Shown one piece after another: positions 38,967 to 49,161 of a DNA stretch of 64,000 nt; the stretch's first letter is position 1, and every line of letters starts with the position of its first letter. The notes below the pieces were generated by a model. That model had not been told where the DNA came from. It worked only from the letters and a program-made list of their open reading frames with translations, and ran no database searches. The stretch is from an uncultured virus (IMG/VR IMGVR_UViG_3300031088_000789) (Duplodnaviria; Heunggongvirae; Uroviricota; Caudoviricetes), in the IMG/VR virus record IMGVR_UViG_3300031088_000789. One strand, written 5' to 3'. The translations under genes and the position numbers were made by a program.

Positions 38967-39314
38967 ATGACCACTTCCCAAGTCGCCACTGTTGAACGTA
39001 ACCTCGAAACCCTGCAAACAGCTCTTGATATGCTGCGTCAGAAAATGAAAGAAGATTACGCTCGCACAGGCTTCAATCTGGGCTATGATATCTCTTTCGA
39101 GATGGGTTCTAAATACATTCGTGTCATCCATCATCGTGGTGATAACTCTCAACGTAGCTGCTGTGGCTTTGTATGCTGCGATTTCAACCACAAGAAGTTT
39201 GCGTTTGGTGACATGCTCAAACAAGCGGGTTGGAAAGCACCAGCAACGAACTTTGCTCGTGGCAACGTGTTTGAGTTGGAAGACAAGAAAGTAGCTTGGA
39301 CTGGCATCCAGTAA
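38967..39314 (+). CDS. phage hypothetical protein, paralog of 39427
   Basis: KYIRV...C.GFVCCD.NHKKF.FGD.LK...W.APA.N.ARG.VF. Confidence 0.85.
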   Translation: MTTSQVATVERNLETLQTALDMLRQKMKEDYARTGFNLGYDISFEMGSKYIRVIHHRGDNSQRSCCGFVCCDFNHKKFAFGDMLKQAGWKAPATNFARGNVFELEDKKVAWTGIQ

Positions 39315-39426
39315 GGCAAGGCACATTGTTTAACAGCAGGGGCTTCGGCCCCTTTTCTGTTTTTTAAATTTGTTATTTTTGATGATTTTTGGTATAATTA
39401 TGCTCTACTTGATGAGGAATTAGAGA

Positions 39427-39816
39427 ATGAAAATCCGAGTGCCACTCAGACTTTTTGAAGTAAAACACACCTCGAAAAATGAAGAGCGAACAGAACCTTC
39501 TGTTGAGTACACGCAAGAAGAATTGTTGGCAAAATTGGATACGTTGCGTAATCTTATGATTATGGACCACAATAAAAAAGGAGATCCTAATCAATATGAT
39601 ATTCATTTTGAATTTGGTAAAAAATATATCCGCGTGGTCATGACTCATTATGGATCGCCTAGTTGTGCAGGTTTTGTGTGTTGTGATCGTAATCATAAAA
39701 AATTCCAATTTGGTGACCTTCTTAAATCAGATACATGGTCTGCACCTGCTATGAATAAAGCTCGTGGCAGTGTTTTTGCATTGGAAGGAAAACGAGTCCT
39801 TTGGACGGGTATTTAA
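39427..39816 (+). CDS. phage hypothetical protein, paralog of 38967
   Basis: Same motifs as 38967. Confidence 0.85.
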   Translation: MKIRVPLRLFEVKHTSKNEERTEPSVEYTQEELLAKLDTLRNLMIMDHNKKGDPNQYDIHFEFGKKYIRVVMTHYGSPSCAGFVCCDRNHKKFQFGDLLKSDTWSAPAMNKARGSVFALEGKRVLWTGI

Positions 39817-39913
39817 TAAGCATATTTATACTATTATTATGGGGTTCGATCCCATTTTTTTGATATTTTTTGTGCTATTATTAAACATCTTTATTTTTTA
39901 TTATGAGGTTTTT

Positions 39914-40186
39914 ATGTTTAAAATTATTGATTAGATACCAAGATTGAAACAAATGATTACTGACTTTTCAACTACTTATTCATTACCTATTCTTAATCCT
40001 AGGATTAGTCCTGTGTCTGCTATTATTCCTGATGCTGACAATCAAATCTTATACACTAATAATGTTAATTATATCTATGTTAAATTGTTAAATTTAATAC
40101 GAAATGAAATTAATCAGAAAATTGGTAATTCATCTGATGTTATGACTTCTCATGATATTGATCTTTATCGTATTATTACTATTTGA
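39914..40186 (+). pseudogene. hypothetical gene with in-frame TAG at codon 7
   Basis: GAGG RBS then ATG TTT AAA ATT ATT GAT TAG; the same frame continues as ORF 39944..40186. Confidence 0.45.
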
Positions 40187-40266
40187 TTATTTCGTGCTTT
40201 TAAAATCCTCTAGATTTAGGGGATTTTTTTGTTTACATGGGTTTTAGTATACGTTATACTAACCAC

Positions 40267-40490
40267 GATTTCAGGCACTTCTTCGAAAATCTATTGAGAA
40301 GTACATTTTCGAAGTGGTGGCGGAATTCCACCTCGTTGGCCGAGGACTATTGTGAAGGGAGTTGGGTATCGAATCCCAATGATATGTCATAGGGGCAATA
40401 ACCCTTATGTAACTCTAGTGAGACAAATGGCTCTGGCGACCCGCCAGTTAAACGCACCTGCGGAATCAGGTCGAGGGGTTCAAATTTTTA
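40267..40490 (+). ncRNA. highly structured RNA (long leader or ncRNA)
   Basis: TTTACA-17-TATACT promoter (40232-40260); at least 7 hairpins; no ORF until 40515. Confidence 0.6.
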
Positions 40491-40514
40491 ATCGTTGATA
40501 ACTTGGAGAAAAAT

Positions 40515-40814
40515 ATGTCAACCATCATTAGTTCCATTGCTGATAGCCATGATGTAACTCTACATGTTCCAGATGGTCTTATGTTTGATGTTGATCGTTC
40601 TGGCAATATTAGTGAAGCTGAAATGACGGCCTTTCTTGCTGAAATTGATGCTATTAATGCCAGTTCTCGCCGTTATGCTGACATGTATTTCTTCAATCAA
40701 AGCCGTAACATTCGTTTGAAAAAATCTAATGTTCGCGTCCCTCGTAAGCAAGCTATTGCTCGTTTTGGTGGTATCAATAAAGTGGTTTCTATTGTTTTTT
40801 CTGACGGTGCCTAA
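40515..40814 (+). CDS. hypothetical protein
   Basis: GGAG RBS. Confidence 0.7.
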   Translation: MSTIISSIADSHDVTLHVPDGLMFDVDRSGNISEAEMTAFLAEIDAINASSRRYADMYFFNQSRNIRLKKSNVRVPRKQAIARFGGINKVVSIVFSDGA

Positions 40815-40870
40815 CGGTGTACTTACTTAAACCCGCTTAGGCTGGTTTCACTTTTTTTAGGAGATTAATC

Positions 40871-41113
40871 ATGCGTAAATTTATCAATAAAGTTTTTGAT
40901 TGGAAAACAAACCCGGCCAGTGTGTTTTATCTTGTTATTCCGTTGGTTGCTCTCGCTTTTTCACTGTTGTTTGCCCAAGCTTATTTGCAATATAAATTGA
41001 ATGACGATATTGGCTATCTCGTTATTCTTGGGATTTTTGTTGTTTTCGCTTCTATTCTTGCTTTCTTTATGCGAAGAGATTGGAAAAAAAGAGTTAGACC
41101 TTACAAACGCTGA
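40871..41113 (+). CDS. two-TM membrane protein
   Basis: AGGAG RBS; two hydrophobic helices. Confidence 0.75.
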   Translation: MRKFINKVFDWKTNPASVFYLVIPLVALAFSLLFAQAYLQYKLNDDIGYLVILGIFVVFASILAFFMRRDWKKRVRPYKR

Positions 41114-41284
41114 AAATTGATATATAACTAGCTTCGGCTAGATTGTTTATGGGAGTTGTGAATGGTGAAGTTAAAGTTCAAAATACATTGCTTGATATGC
41201 TGAAACCCATTGTTGAACACATTGGTGAAGAAGAAAAAATAATCTAATCTGTTACAATTATAAAACCAGCTCCGAGCTGGTTTT

Positions 41285-42307
41285 TTAATTTTTAGATTTT
41301 ACATAAATTTCTTTTAAGCTACTCACATCGAAGTGTGGAGCTGTTGCGTAAGAGAAGCTTGGGCAAATTCTATTTGAACCAGCGATACCAGCACCACCAC
41401 AAGGGCCACCATTTCCCGCTACAGGCCATAGACCAAAGGTATCTGTCATATCAGTAGGTCTTTGACCCGGCCATCCACTAGCCTCAGAATAAAGCTTAGA
41501 TGCTCCGTTAGGAGTATTCACAGCAAATCCAGATCCTATATTTTGTCCCTGTGCAAATGTTGAGAATGTTTGCCATGCTCCAAACATACTTACCCATGTT
41601 GGGTTAGCGTTTTTCACCATCATAGTGGAACTAAGATTTACAGAACCACTTGGTAATACTGGATAATTAGCTGTATCATTTGAATAGCTTAATATTTTAC
41701 CACCTTTCATTGCGACATCTTTAAAATTACGTTTTGTTGACCCAGCAGGTAATTGAACCCATCTCCCTACCAATATCCAATTACCTCCAGATGTATTCAT
41801 GTCTACATAGGCTTTGGCTGTATTACCTTGTCCATCAGATATGTCATATATACCACTTTGTCCTGCTACTGGATTCATAATCATTAGATAACTTGTTGCT
41901 GTTCCATAGGCATCTTTTGTATCCGTCAATCCTGTTAATACTTTTGAATCATTTTCATCATTATATGCAGAACCTACTGTACGAATTTCTCCCGTTACTG
42001 AATTCTTCTCTTGTTTTATATAACTTTGATACTGTACACCTTTGCAATTAGTTGCTGTTTGTGTAAATTTAACGTTTATCATTTCTTCTTCAGGAGCTGG
42101 GGTATATGAACTGCAGTCATATCTATATAATTCACTCTCTTTTGGTGCATCAGTCCAGCCTAATGATTTAGGTTCAATCTCTAACCATTCTGAGCCTTTA
42201 AACTTAACTTCCATTGTCCCTATCATTACTTCATATTTTGCATAATTTAATCCACAAAATAAAGAAAGTGTACTCAATGCTAATATTTTTATTTTTTTAT
42301 GTTTCAT
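41285..42307 (-). CDS. secreted protein with fibrinogen-like (YxDM..GG.W.LV) domain, family member 2
   Basis: Signal peptide; SGIY.I...AYVDMNTSGGNWILV. Confidence 0.7.
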   Translation of the reverse strand: MKHKKIKILALSTLSLFCGLNYAKYEVMIGTMEVKFKGSEWLEIEPKSLGWTDAPKESELYRYDCSSYTPAPEEEMINVKFTQTATNCKGVQYQSYIKQEKNSVTGEIRTVGSAYNDENDSKVLTGLTDTKDAYGTATSYLMIMNPVAGQSGIYDISDGQGNTAKAYVDMNTSGGNWILVGRWVQLPAGSTKRNFKDVAMKGGKILSYSNDTANYPVLPSGSVNLSSTMMVKNANPTWVSMFGAWQTFSTFAQGQNIGSGFAVNTPNGASKLYSEASGWPGQRPTDMTDTFGLWPVAGNGGPCGGAGIAGSNRICPSFSYATAPHFDVSSLKEIYVKSKN

Positions 42308-42470
42308 ATCTGATATTATTTTATTGTTTATCCTATTTTAATCTTTTTAGAACTTATTTCAAGCATTATAATGTTTATAATTATGCTGGTGAAACACAAA
42401 ATAAAGAACTTTACACAAAATCTATTTTTTGCTATAATCAATTCACTTAATTTTTACAGGATGCAACAAA

Positions 42471-42737
42471 ATGCCAAGAACCTCAGAAGACGCTTTCCAA
42501 AACAGTCAAGAATTTACTGTTGTTGATCACTCAGGATTTGTTGAGGCGGCAGCTAGCTTCATTTACCGTGGCTATTTGATTTCATTTTCCACGATGGGCT
42601 ATAATAAGTCCATTACGCGAAACCCTGTATTGGTTATTGCAAATAATGGGAACGGCGACAACACCCAAAGCTTTGATACCGTTGAATCAGCTATCGTTAA
42701 CATTGATAGCTGGCTGAACGACCGCAATCCACGTTGA
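42471..42737 (+). CDS. hypothetical protein
   Basis: TTTACA..TATAAT promoter; AGGA RBS. Confidence 0.7.
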   Translation: MPRTSEDAFQNSQEFTVVDHSGFVEAAASFIYRGYLISFSTMGYNKSITRNPVLVIANNGNGDNTQSFDTVESAIVNIDSWLNDRNPR

Positions 42738-42764
42738 ATACGATTAAATTTAGGAGAATATCTC

Positions 42765-43523
42765 ATGCTGCGTAACGTAACTATTCAAGGAAAATATATT
42801 GAAGGCACTTGGCTCCTGATTGAAAACTTCAATGAATTGACCGAATACATGGAATTCACTTCAGGTCGAGTTTCGGATCAAATTACTCGCCTATTGAAAA
42901 GCAAGGTTGGCCCTGAACGTTGGGATCATATGATTACTCGTACACCAGAAGGCAGCATTCTGGCTGCTTCCATTATGTATTGCCAAGCACATGGTAAGAA
43001 TCCATTGCTTGAAATGGACGGCATTATTCAGAAAAAATATCTGAACATGATCGATAAATTGGTTAAAGGTCAAAAGCTTCTGGTTAACCCATTGGGTGGT
43101 TACTGCACTATGGGTGACGATGTTGAAATTCTCTCAGAAACTTCTTTTGAAACTGCGTCTAAGTTGACCTATGCCATTAATAAAAATACGCAATACATCA
43201 ACCTTGAAAATGACCCTGAACTTGAAGAACGCACACGTCAGTATTTGGGTGAACGAGATCCGAATTATTCTTACATCCTAAACCTTCATAAATTCAGCAA
43301 AGAAGACTTGGTAAAGGTTTTTACTGAGTTCAAGGCGAATGGCGGTTCTATTGTTCATGTTTACACTACGGGGACCAACGTTCCGCAAATGTATGAATAC
43401 TTTGATGCCGCCAAAGAAGCTGGTTTGAATGACTTTGTGTTTGAATTCAATTCAGGGACTGGTAATGGCATTGATCGATTTATCAATCATATTAGACCAT
43501 TGTGTAATTTGACCTTGATTTAA
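42765..43523 (+). CDS. hypothetical protein
   Basis: AGGAG RBS; terminator follows. Confidence 0.8.
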   Translation: MLRNVTIQGKYIEGTWLLIENFNELTEYMEFTSGRVSDQITRLLKSKVGPERWDHMITRTPEGSILAASIMYCQAHGKNPLLEMDGIIQKKYLNMIDKLVKGQKLLVNPLGGYCTMGDDVEILSETSFETASKLTYAINKNTQYINLENDPELEERTRQYLGERDPNYSYILNLHKFSKEDLVKVFTEFKANGGSIVHVYTTGTNVPQMYEYFDAAKEAGLNDFVFEFNSGTGNGIDRFINHIRPLCNLTLI

Positions 43524-43618
43524 TGTTGCTCTTAAAAAATGCCCCTTTATAGGGGCTTTTGTTTGCAAAAAAACCTATATTTTGCTATAATTTGGCTACA
43601 TTCTTAGGAGACACCGAC

Positions 43619-44206
43619 ATGACTATGACCGCTATTGAGCTTCGTAAAGACCTGCTCATTTGGGTTGACCTTGAAACTACAGGTCTTGATATTGAAGACG
43701 CTTTGATGGGTGCTCACAAACACAAAATTCTTGAAATTGGTATTCACATTACCGATTCCAAGTTCAATGTTATTGACGAAGGTTTTGAAATCATCGTTCA
43801 TCATGATGTTGAAGAAGCCAAAGCCTTGTCGTGTGAGTATGTGCGTAATATGCACATGACCAATGGCCTGTGGGATCGTGTCGATGCTTCTACTGTTTCT
43901 CTGGCAGAAGCTGAGGAAATGATGATGGCTTACATTGCGAAATTCAATATTGCTCCAAAATCCAGCCCAATTTGTGGCAATAGTGTTTCGCTTGACCGCA
44001 ACTTTATCATGGCTCAAATGCCTAAATTTGCTGCCATTCTTCACTACCGTATTATTGATGTCAGCACTATCAAAGAAATCGTATGGCGTGTAAAACCAGA
44101 AGTCGGCCAAATGGTCAAAAAACAAGAGAAACATCGTGGCCTTGATGACATTAAAGAGTCGATTGCTGAATACAAGATTTACGCTGAACACTTCTTTGTT
44201 CAATAA
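43619..44206 (+). CDS. orn: oligoribonuclease (DEDDh)
   Basis: LIWVDLETTGLD, ILEIG..ITD, MH..NGL, SPICGNSV..DR.F, HYRIIDVSTIKE, HRGLDDIKESI.E. Confidence 0.93.
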   Translation: MTMTAIELRKDLLIWVDLETTGLDIEDALMGAHKHKILEIGIHITDSKFNVIDEGFEIIVHHDVEEAKALSCEYVRNMHMTNGLWDRVDASTVSLAEAEEMMMAYIAKFNIAPKSSPICGNSVSLDRNFIMAQMPKFAAILHYRIIDVSTIKEIVWRVKPEVGQMVKKQEKHRGLDDIKESIAEYKIYAEHFFVQ

Positions 44207-44325
44207 GAAGAAGTATCTTTAACTAGAAACCGCTTCGGCGGTTTTTTTATTTATTTTTAATGTTTTTTCTTTTTTATTTCAATTAGTTATGTTAGAATAG
44301 TGACATATTTTAAAGAGGATTTATT

Positions 44326-44778
44326 ATGAAAGAACATCAAAACCTGATTACTGCGACTAACATCTACTCTTGTATCGTTAACATTAACAAACTGAAACGA
44401 GCACTTGAAGAAAGCCCAGAGGGTTTTATTGAACGTCTTAGTTCGTTGCTTCCTGATAATGATGAAGATTTGATTAAAGCTGATCTGGAAGAGATTGCAG
44501 AGGCTTACATTTCAGATCCTTGCAAAGAACATCTTCAAAACTTGATTGAATTCATTATGGAAATTGATCATGTTATTGTGTTTGACAAGGTGGCTCTTGA
44601 ACCTTCTGAAATTGATACGTTGTCTCAACAAGCTGTGAGCACATTCCTTGATGACAATCAGCAGCGAGCCACAGAGTTGAGCACTTCGAGGGTTGCTCAA
44701 CAAATGAAAGGTAATGAAGCTGCTATTAAGGCTGCAACTGCAGCTTTTGAAGCTCAACTTCGAGTACAATTCCTATAA
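44326..44778 (+). CDS. hypothetical protein
   Basis: GAGGA RBS; terminator follows. Confidence 0.75.
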   Translation: MKEHQNLITATNIYSCIVNINKLKRALEESPEGFIERLSSLLPDNDEDLIKADLEEIAEAYISDPCKEHLQNLIEFIMEIDHVIVFDKVALEPSEIDTLSQQAVSTFLDDNQQRATELSTSRVAQQMKGNEAAIKAATAAFEAQLRVQFL

Positions 44779-45030
44779 GATTACATCAGATATAAATAGG
44801 TCACTTCGGTGACCTTTTTTTATAGTTATATGATTGAATATTTTTAGAGAAAAAGAATTCAATTGGATTGAACTCTAAATTGATGGCTATGTGCTATTAC
44901 ATTTAAAAATACTTAATATATAGGAATATTTTAAGACTAATTAACAAGATATAAAAAATATCATTTTTGCTATTTACTTAATATATTTTTATTGTATAAT
45001 ATTTGACTAATAAACAAAGGTATTTATATT

Positions 45031-45162
45031 ATGCAAGGTTCATTTGGTGATGCAACGGAACGTTTCCGTGGTGGCAAAAAACGTGACACAGAAAAAGCAA
45101 AGAGTCATGAAAAAGACAAAGAGTTTCGCACTAAGCGTCGTAAGCGTCATCTAAACGATTAA
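45031..45162 (+). CDS. 43-aa basic peptide
   Basis: TATAAT promoter, AAGG RBS, terminator; ...KRRKRHLND. Confidence 0.6.
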   Translation: MQGSFGDATERFRGGKKRDTEKAKSHEKDKEFRTKRRKRHLND

Positions 45163-45330
45163 AACTAAGCCACCTAGAGTGGTTTTTTGTTAATTTTTTA
45201 CTTTATATAATGATAATTATTCTCAATATTTTTGACTTTTTATGTAGCCGTGATAATATATAAATAATTTCTATCATTAGAATAATACGACAACATAGAT
45301 TGTACAACCAACTATTAGGAGAATTACATA

Positions 45331-45642
45331 ATGAAAAAAATGATGTTTGCGTGTTTACTTTCAATACCAGTAACTGCCTTTGCAGTTATTGCTAATACTA
45401 CGGATGATATACAATCTCGTAATGAACAACTTGCGGGACTTGTAAAACAGTCTTTTTACTCTGATGTTTCACGGTTGCACCTTACCCCTGAACAATATAC
45501 CGTTGTTGTGACCAAGATTCGTCATAATCAGGATGACTTGGCTGCAGATATTAAAAAGGTACTGAATGAGGATCAAAAAGAAACATTTGATACTATCATG
45601 GCTGAAAAGAAATCTGCAATGGGTGATAACGTTGGTTTTTAG
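45331..45642 (+). CDS. secreted helical protein
   Basis: Signal peptide (TAFA); L.LTPEQ...VLNEDQK, reminiscent of Spy/CpxP LTxxQ. Confidence 0.65.
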   Translation: MKKMMFACLLSIPVTAFAVIANTTDDIQSRNEQLAGLVKQSFYSDVSRLHLTPEQYTVVVTKIRHNQDDLAADIKKVLNEDQKETFDTIMAEKKSAMGDNVGF

Positions 45643-45958
45643 CTATATGGTTTGTTAAAAATTAAGTCTTTTTATGACTTTCAGGTGCTAATTTATTTTG
45701 TATGACGAAACAACTAAATGGCTTCATGGTATACGCCACCACAATCTAGTAATGGGTACCAGATTACACCACAGTGGTAATAAAAAACTTGACACATTAC
45801 GAAAAATATGAATGAAATCAACAACCAATTTGGTTGAATTTTGGATTTTCAACCATTTTGAATAAGGCATTTTTACCAAATGTCTTATTTTTTTTATCAT
45901 TATTTGCTTTTTTGGATACTTGTGGCTAAAATATTTTTAATTAACTTGGACCTATTTT

Positions 45959-46414
45959 ATGATATTGACTATTGAGCTTGTACCAAAATCATGTTGGTTT
46001 TCTAATTTGAGGGATCACCTCACAGACGCTCAGTGGAAAGAGGTCAAACAGTCAACCTTCAAAGCGGCTGATAACCGTTGTGAGATCTGCAATGGTGTTG
46101 GTGAAAAATGGCCTGTTGAATGTCATGAGGTGTGGGAATATGATGATCTTCATAAAATCCAACGCCTTTCTGGAACTGTTGCTTTATGTCCATCTTGTCA
46201 TCAAGTCAAACATATTGGATTAGCTATGGTAACTGGTCGCTATGATCAGGCTAAATCTCATTTCTCAGCAATCAATAAAATGCCTATGCGTCGAACTGAA
46301 AACTATATTGAAAAAGTGTTCAATGTTTTCAATGAACGTTCCAAACACCAGTGGACATTAGATATTTCACTCATTAATAAAAAATATGGTTTCGATATAA
46401 AAGAGAAACGTTAA
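45959..46414 (+). CDS. HNH endonuclease
   Basis: CEIC...ECHEVW.Y...LCPSCH.VKH. Confidence 0.85.
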   Translation: MILTIELVPKSCWFSNLRDHLTDAQWKEVKQSTFKAADNRCEICNGVGEKWPVECHEVWEYDDLHKIQRLSGTVALCPSCHQVKHIGLAMVTGRYDQAKSHFSAINKMPMRRTENYIEKVFNVFNERSKHQWTLDISLINKKYGFDIKEKR

Positions 46415-46484
46415 TAGGATTATTACTTGCATTAACTCTGGTTTTTTGCTAAAATCAACGTATTCATTTAAAAGGTATGATGTC

Positions 46485-46724
46485 ATGACTATTCATTCTC
46501 GTTCCAAAATGCCTAAAAAAGTACAGATCGATCTAAGCGGCCCCGATGGTAATGCTCTGGCTCTGGTAGCTATTGCTCATAATATTGGTCGCCAATTGGG
46601 TAAAACCCATCAAGAATTGGATGCTATTCAAAAAGATATGCTGTCCAGTAACTATGACCATGTGGTGGCTACTCTGGAAAAACATTATGGTGATTTCATC
46701 GATATTTATACTGATGATGCTTGA
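46485..46724 (+). CDS. small phage hypothetical protein
   Basis: IDLSGPDGNA..L...M.S..YDH pattern common in phages. Confidence 0.7.
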   Translation: MTIHSRSKMPKKVQIDLSGPDGNALALVAIAHNIGRQLGKTHQELDAIQKDMLSSNYDHVVATLEKHYGDFIDIYTDDA

Positions 46725-46810
46725 TTATTGAGATTTTTCAAAAATCACTAGGCATGTTTTAAAATCTTTGTTATAATACATCAACATACACAGCCCGCAA
46801 GGTGAATGCC

Positions 46811-47155
46811 ATGTTTCCTCAATCTATCGTTACTGCCGATGTTGTAGATGTTAATTACGACTCTGCAAAATTTATGGTAGCTGGCAATAATGGAGAACGT
46901 GAAGTTGCCGTGCGTTTCTTCTGCACTATTCTTGTTCGTGGTGGATTCGTTTTTCGTCATACCAGTCAGCTTGTTGATGAGCTTGCAGCTTCTAAAATGG
47001 CTGATAAAGTCTATAACCATATCTTTAAAGAGCATGGTTCTGTTAATATGGAATTTTGGGGTGAATATCTCTCAACTTCTAGCTCGCCTGCACTGGAAAA
47101 GCTTCAACTTGAATCGCATCTTGAAACAGGTCAGGTAACACCTCTTTTGAATTAA
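46811..47155 (+). CDS. hypothetical protein
   Basis: AAGGTG RBS; TATAAT promoter. Confidence 0.7.
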   Translation: MFPQSIVTADVVDVNYDSAKFMVAGNNGEREVAVRFFCTILVRGGFVFRHTSQLVDELAASKMADKVYNHIFKEHGSVNMEFWGEYLSTSSSPALEKLQLESHLETGQVTPLLN

Positions 47156-47286
47156 CGTCAATTTAAAATTGTTATATAAAAGAGAAGCTTCGGCTTCTTT
47201 TTTTTTACAAAATATATATTTTGTTTTAATTGACAGTTTTTACAATGACTTGTATTATAATATTAAAAACAATAATAATAAATATC

Positions 47287-47961
47287 ATGAAGTTAAAAAA
47301 AATCTTATATATTCCTTTAATTTCTTTATTGGGAATTTCTTCTTTCGCTGATTATATTGTGCAATATCCTGATCAAAAAGTTACTTTTAAAAATTTAGGC
47401 CAATGGGTTCAAGGAGATCCTGTAATTACTGAATGGATCAATGTTGGCTCGCCATATGACTGTACTAGTGCTGAACCACTTGAAGATACTCAGCCATTAG
47501 GAATCACTTACACTAAAAATTTTTCGGGTTGTCAGCAGTTACAAGAACGTAATGTTACTCATTTTGAAAAGCATACTATTTCAGGAGTTATTCGTAATTC
47601 TGTAACTACAAAAGAAAATCAAATTCTAACAAATGCAACCTATTCGAAAAATGCTGTTGGTACAAAAGTTGTAAAGGAATGTTCTTTTTCTAATGCTAGT
47701 GGTAAAAGTAATAGATGGATTGACGTTGCAAAAACTAATACACAAAATTATACTATAACTTATGGAATGCAATTACAGTGGTTAGGACAATCATTAATTT
47801 ATAATATAAATACAAGCAAAACTTATGCTAAAACAGCGACTTTTGTTTATGATGGTTATGTTTATACTCGTGGTGAATATAAAACAAGTAGCACTTATAG
47901 CGAACAAAATAGATTAGATTATTATTACTATGAATTATGTCGAGAACCTATTGCACCTTAA
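47287..47961 (+). CDS. secreted Cys-containing protein, family member 3
   Basis: Signal peptide; W....P....W...G.PYDC; C-terminal GY.Y..G.Y...Y..CR shared with 36636. Confidence 0.75.
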   Translation: MKLKKILYIPLISLLGISSFADYIVQYPDQKVTFKNLGQWVQGDPVITEWINVGSPYDCTSAEPLEDTQPLGITYTKNFSGCQQLQERNVTHFEKHTISGVIRNSVTTKENQILTNATYSKNAVGTKVVKECSFSNASGKSNRWIDVAKTNTQNYTITYGMQLQWLGQSLIYNINTSKTYAKTATFVYDGYVYTRGEYKTSSTYSEQNRLDYYYYELCREPIAP

Positions 47962-48060
47962 TCAAAGCAAAGAAGCTTCGGCTTCTTTTTTTGTTGCCAT
48001 TTCAGAGATCTTTAAGTATAATCACATTATTGAATTTAAATTTTAAAACGGGATTTTGAC

Positions 48061-48561
48061 ATGAATATCAGTCAAACAGAATACGACAACATTAAGACTA
48101 ACGTGCTTAGTCATCTTCGTCGGAAAGGCTATTACACTCAGCCATCTGTCCGTGCCTATCCTGTTACTATCAAGGTTTTGGAAGACCTTATTGCTGCAGG
48201 TCTTGTGACTGAAAGCAAGCAATACCATGGTAAAGAACGACTCTTCAACTCGACATCGCTTCTTCCATCGACAATCGTTGTTCGTATGCAATTTACACAT
48301 AACCTGAAATCTGGAAATCATTGTGGTCATTCTGGTGTTTTCTATGCTAAGGTGAACGAACGCTTTGATGAAGTCACTCTTAAAGATTTTGTTGAAGTTG
48401 GTGTTGTTGATTCAGTTGAAGTAAAGGATGTTCCAAAAAATCTGTGGGAAAAAATCTTGGGTCGTAAATCGGAGCGTGTTGTATTTGTGACCTTGCGAAA
48501 CGGCAAAGTCATTAAAACCCCTTACAATACTATTTATCAAATTACTCGCCCAGAACATTGA
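48061..48561 (+). CDS. hypothetical protein
   Basis: TATAAT promoter. Confidence 0.7.
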   Translation: MNISQTEYDNIKTNVLSHLRRKGYYTQPSVRAYPVTIKVLEDLIAAGLVTESKQYHGKERLFNSTSLLPSTIVVRMQFTHNLKSGNHCGHSGVFYAKVNERFDEVTLKDFVEVGVVDSVEVKDVPKNLWEKILGRKSERVVFVTLRNGKVIKTPYNTIYQITRPEH

Positions 48562-48638
48562 AAAAAACAGCTTAAAAAGCTTGTTTCCAAAATCTCTTTT
48601 TGCTAGAATAGCTTCATCAAATCAAGGAGTTACAAAGA

Positions 48639-49043
48639 ATGCACCAAGTAGATACCCAGCTCATTAATGCTCATGGCGATGTTTCTGAAAGCTACGAGAC
48701 TTGGGTTCCCGCTAATGGGATTGACAACTTCGTTAAAACCGAATTCACTTGTGGCAATTGCTTCCTGCTTGCTCTTGCTCTTCATTACAAAACCAAGTGG
48801 CCTATCAAGGCAAAAATGAGCGGTTCCGATGTGATTCACTGCTACGTGCTGAATGACGAAGGTAAAGCCGTCGATATTTATGGCGTGCGACCAACCGAAC
48901 AAGCTCCAACTCGTTACGATAGCGAACTGGAAGAAAATTGCAAGGTTATTGATGTGCGGCCAGAAACACCATGGCCTGCGAACAAAGATTATCAGTGGGC
49001 CGAAGAACTGGTTGCCACTTTCCCGGCTCACTTTGGCCTGTAA
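48639..49043 (+). CDS. hypothetical protein (G.C..LA.AL...H...DI.G family), related to 53232
   Basis: Cys/His/Asp motif; AAGGAG RBS. Confidence 0.7.
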   Translation: MHQVDTQLINAHGDVSESYETWVPANGIDNFVKTEFTCGNCFLLALALHYKTKWPIKAKMSGSDVIHCYVLNDEGKAVDIYGVRPTEQAPTRYDSELEENCKVIDVRPETPWPANKDYQWAEELVATFPAHFGL

Positions 49044-49161
49044 TCGACTACTGTTAAAACGCCTTCCGGGGCGTTTTATTCTCTAAATACTTGAAATACT
49101 TATTGTTTAGTTGATTATTTATCGTTATACTAACCACATTACAGAAAACGGAATATTTACC

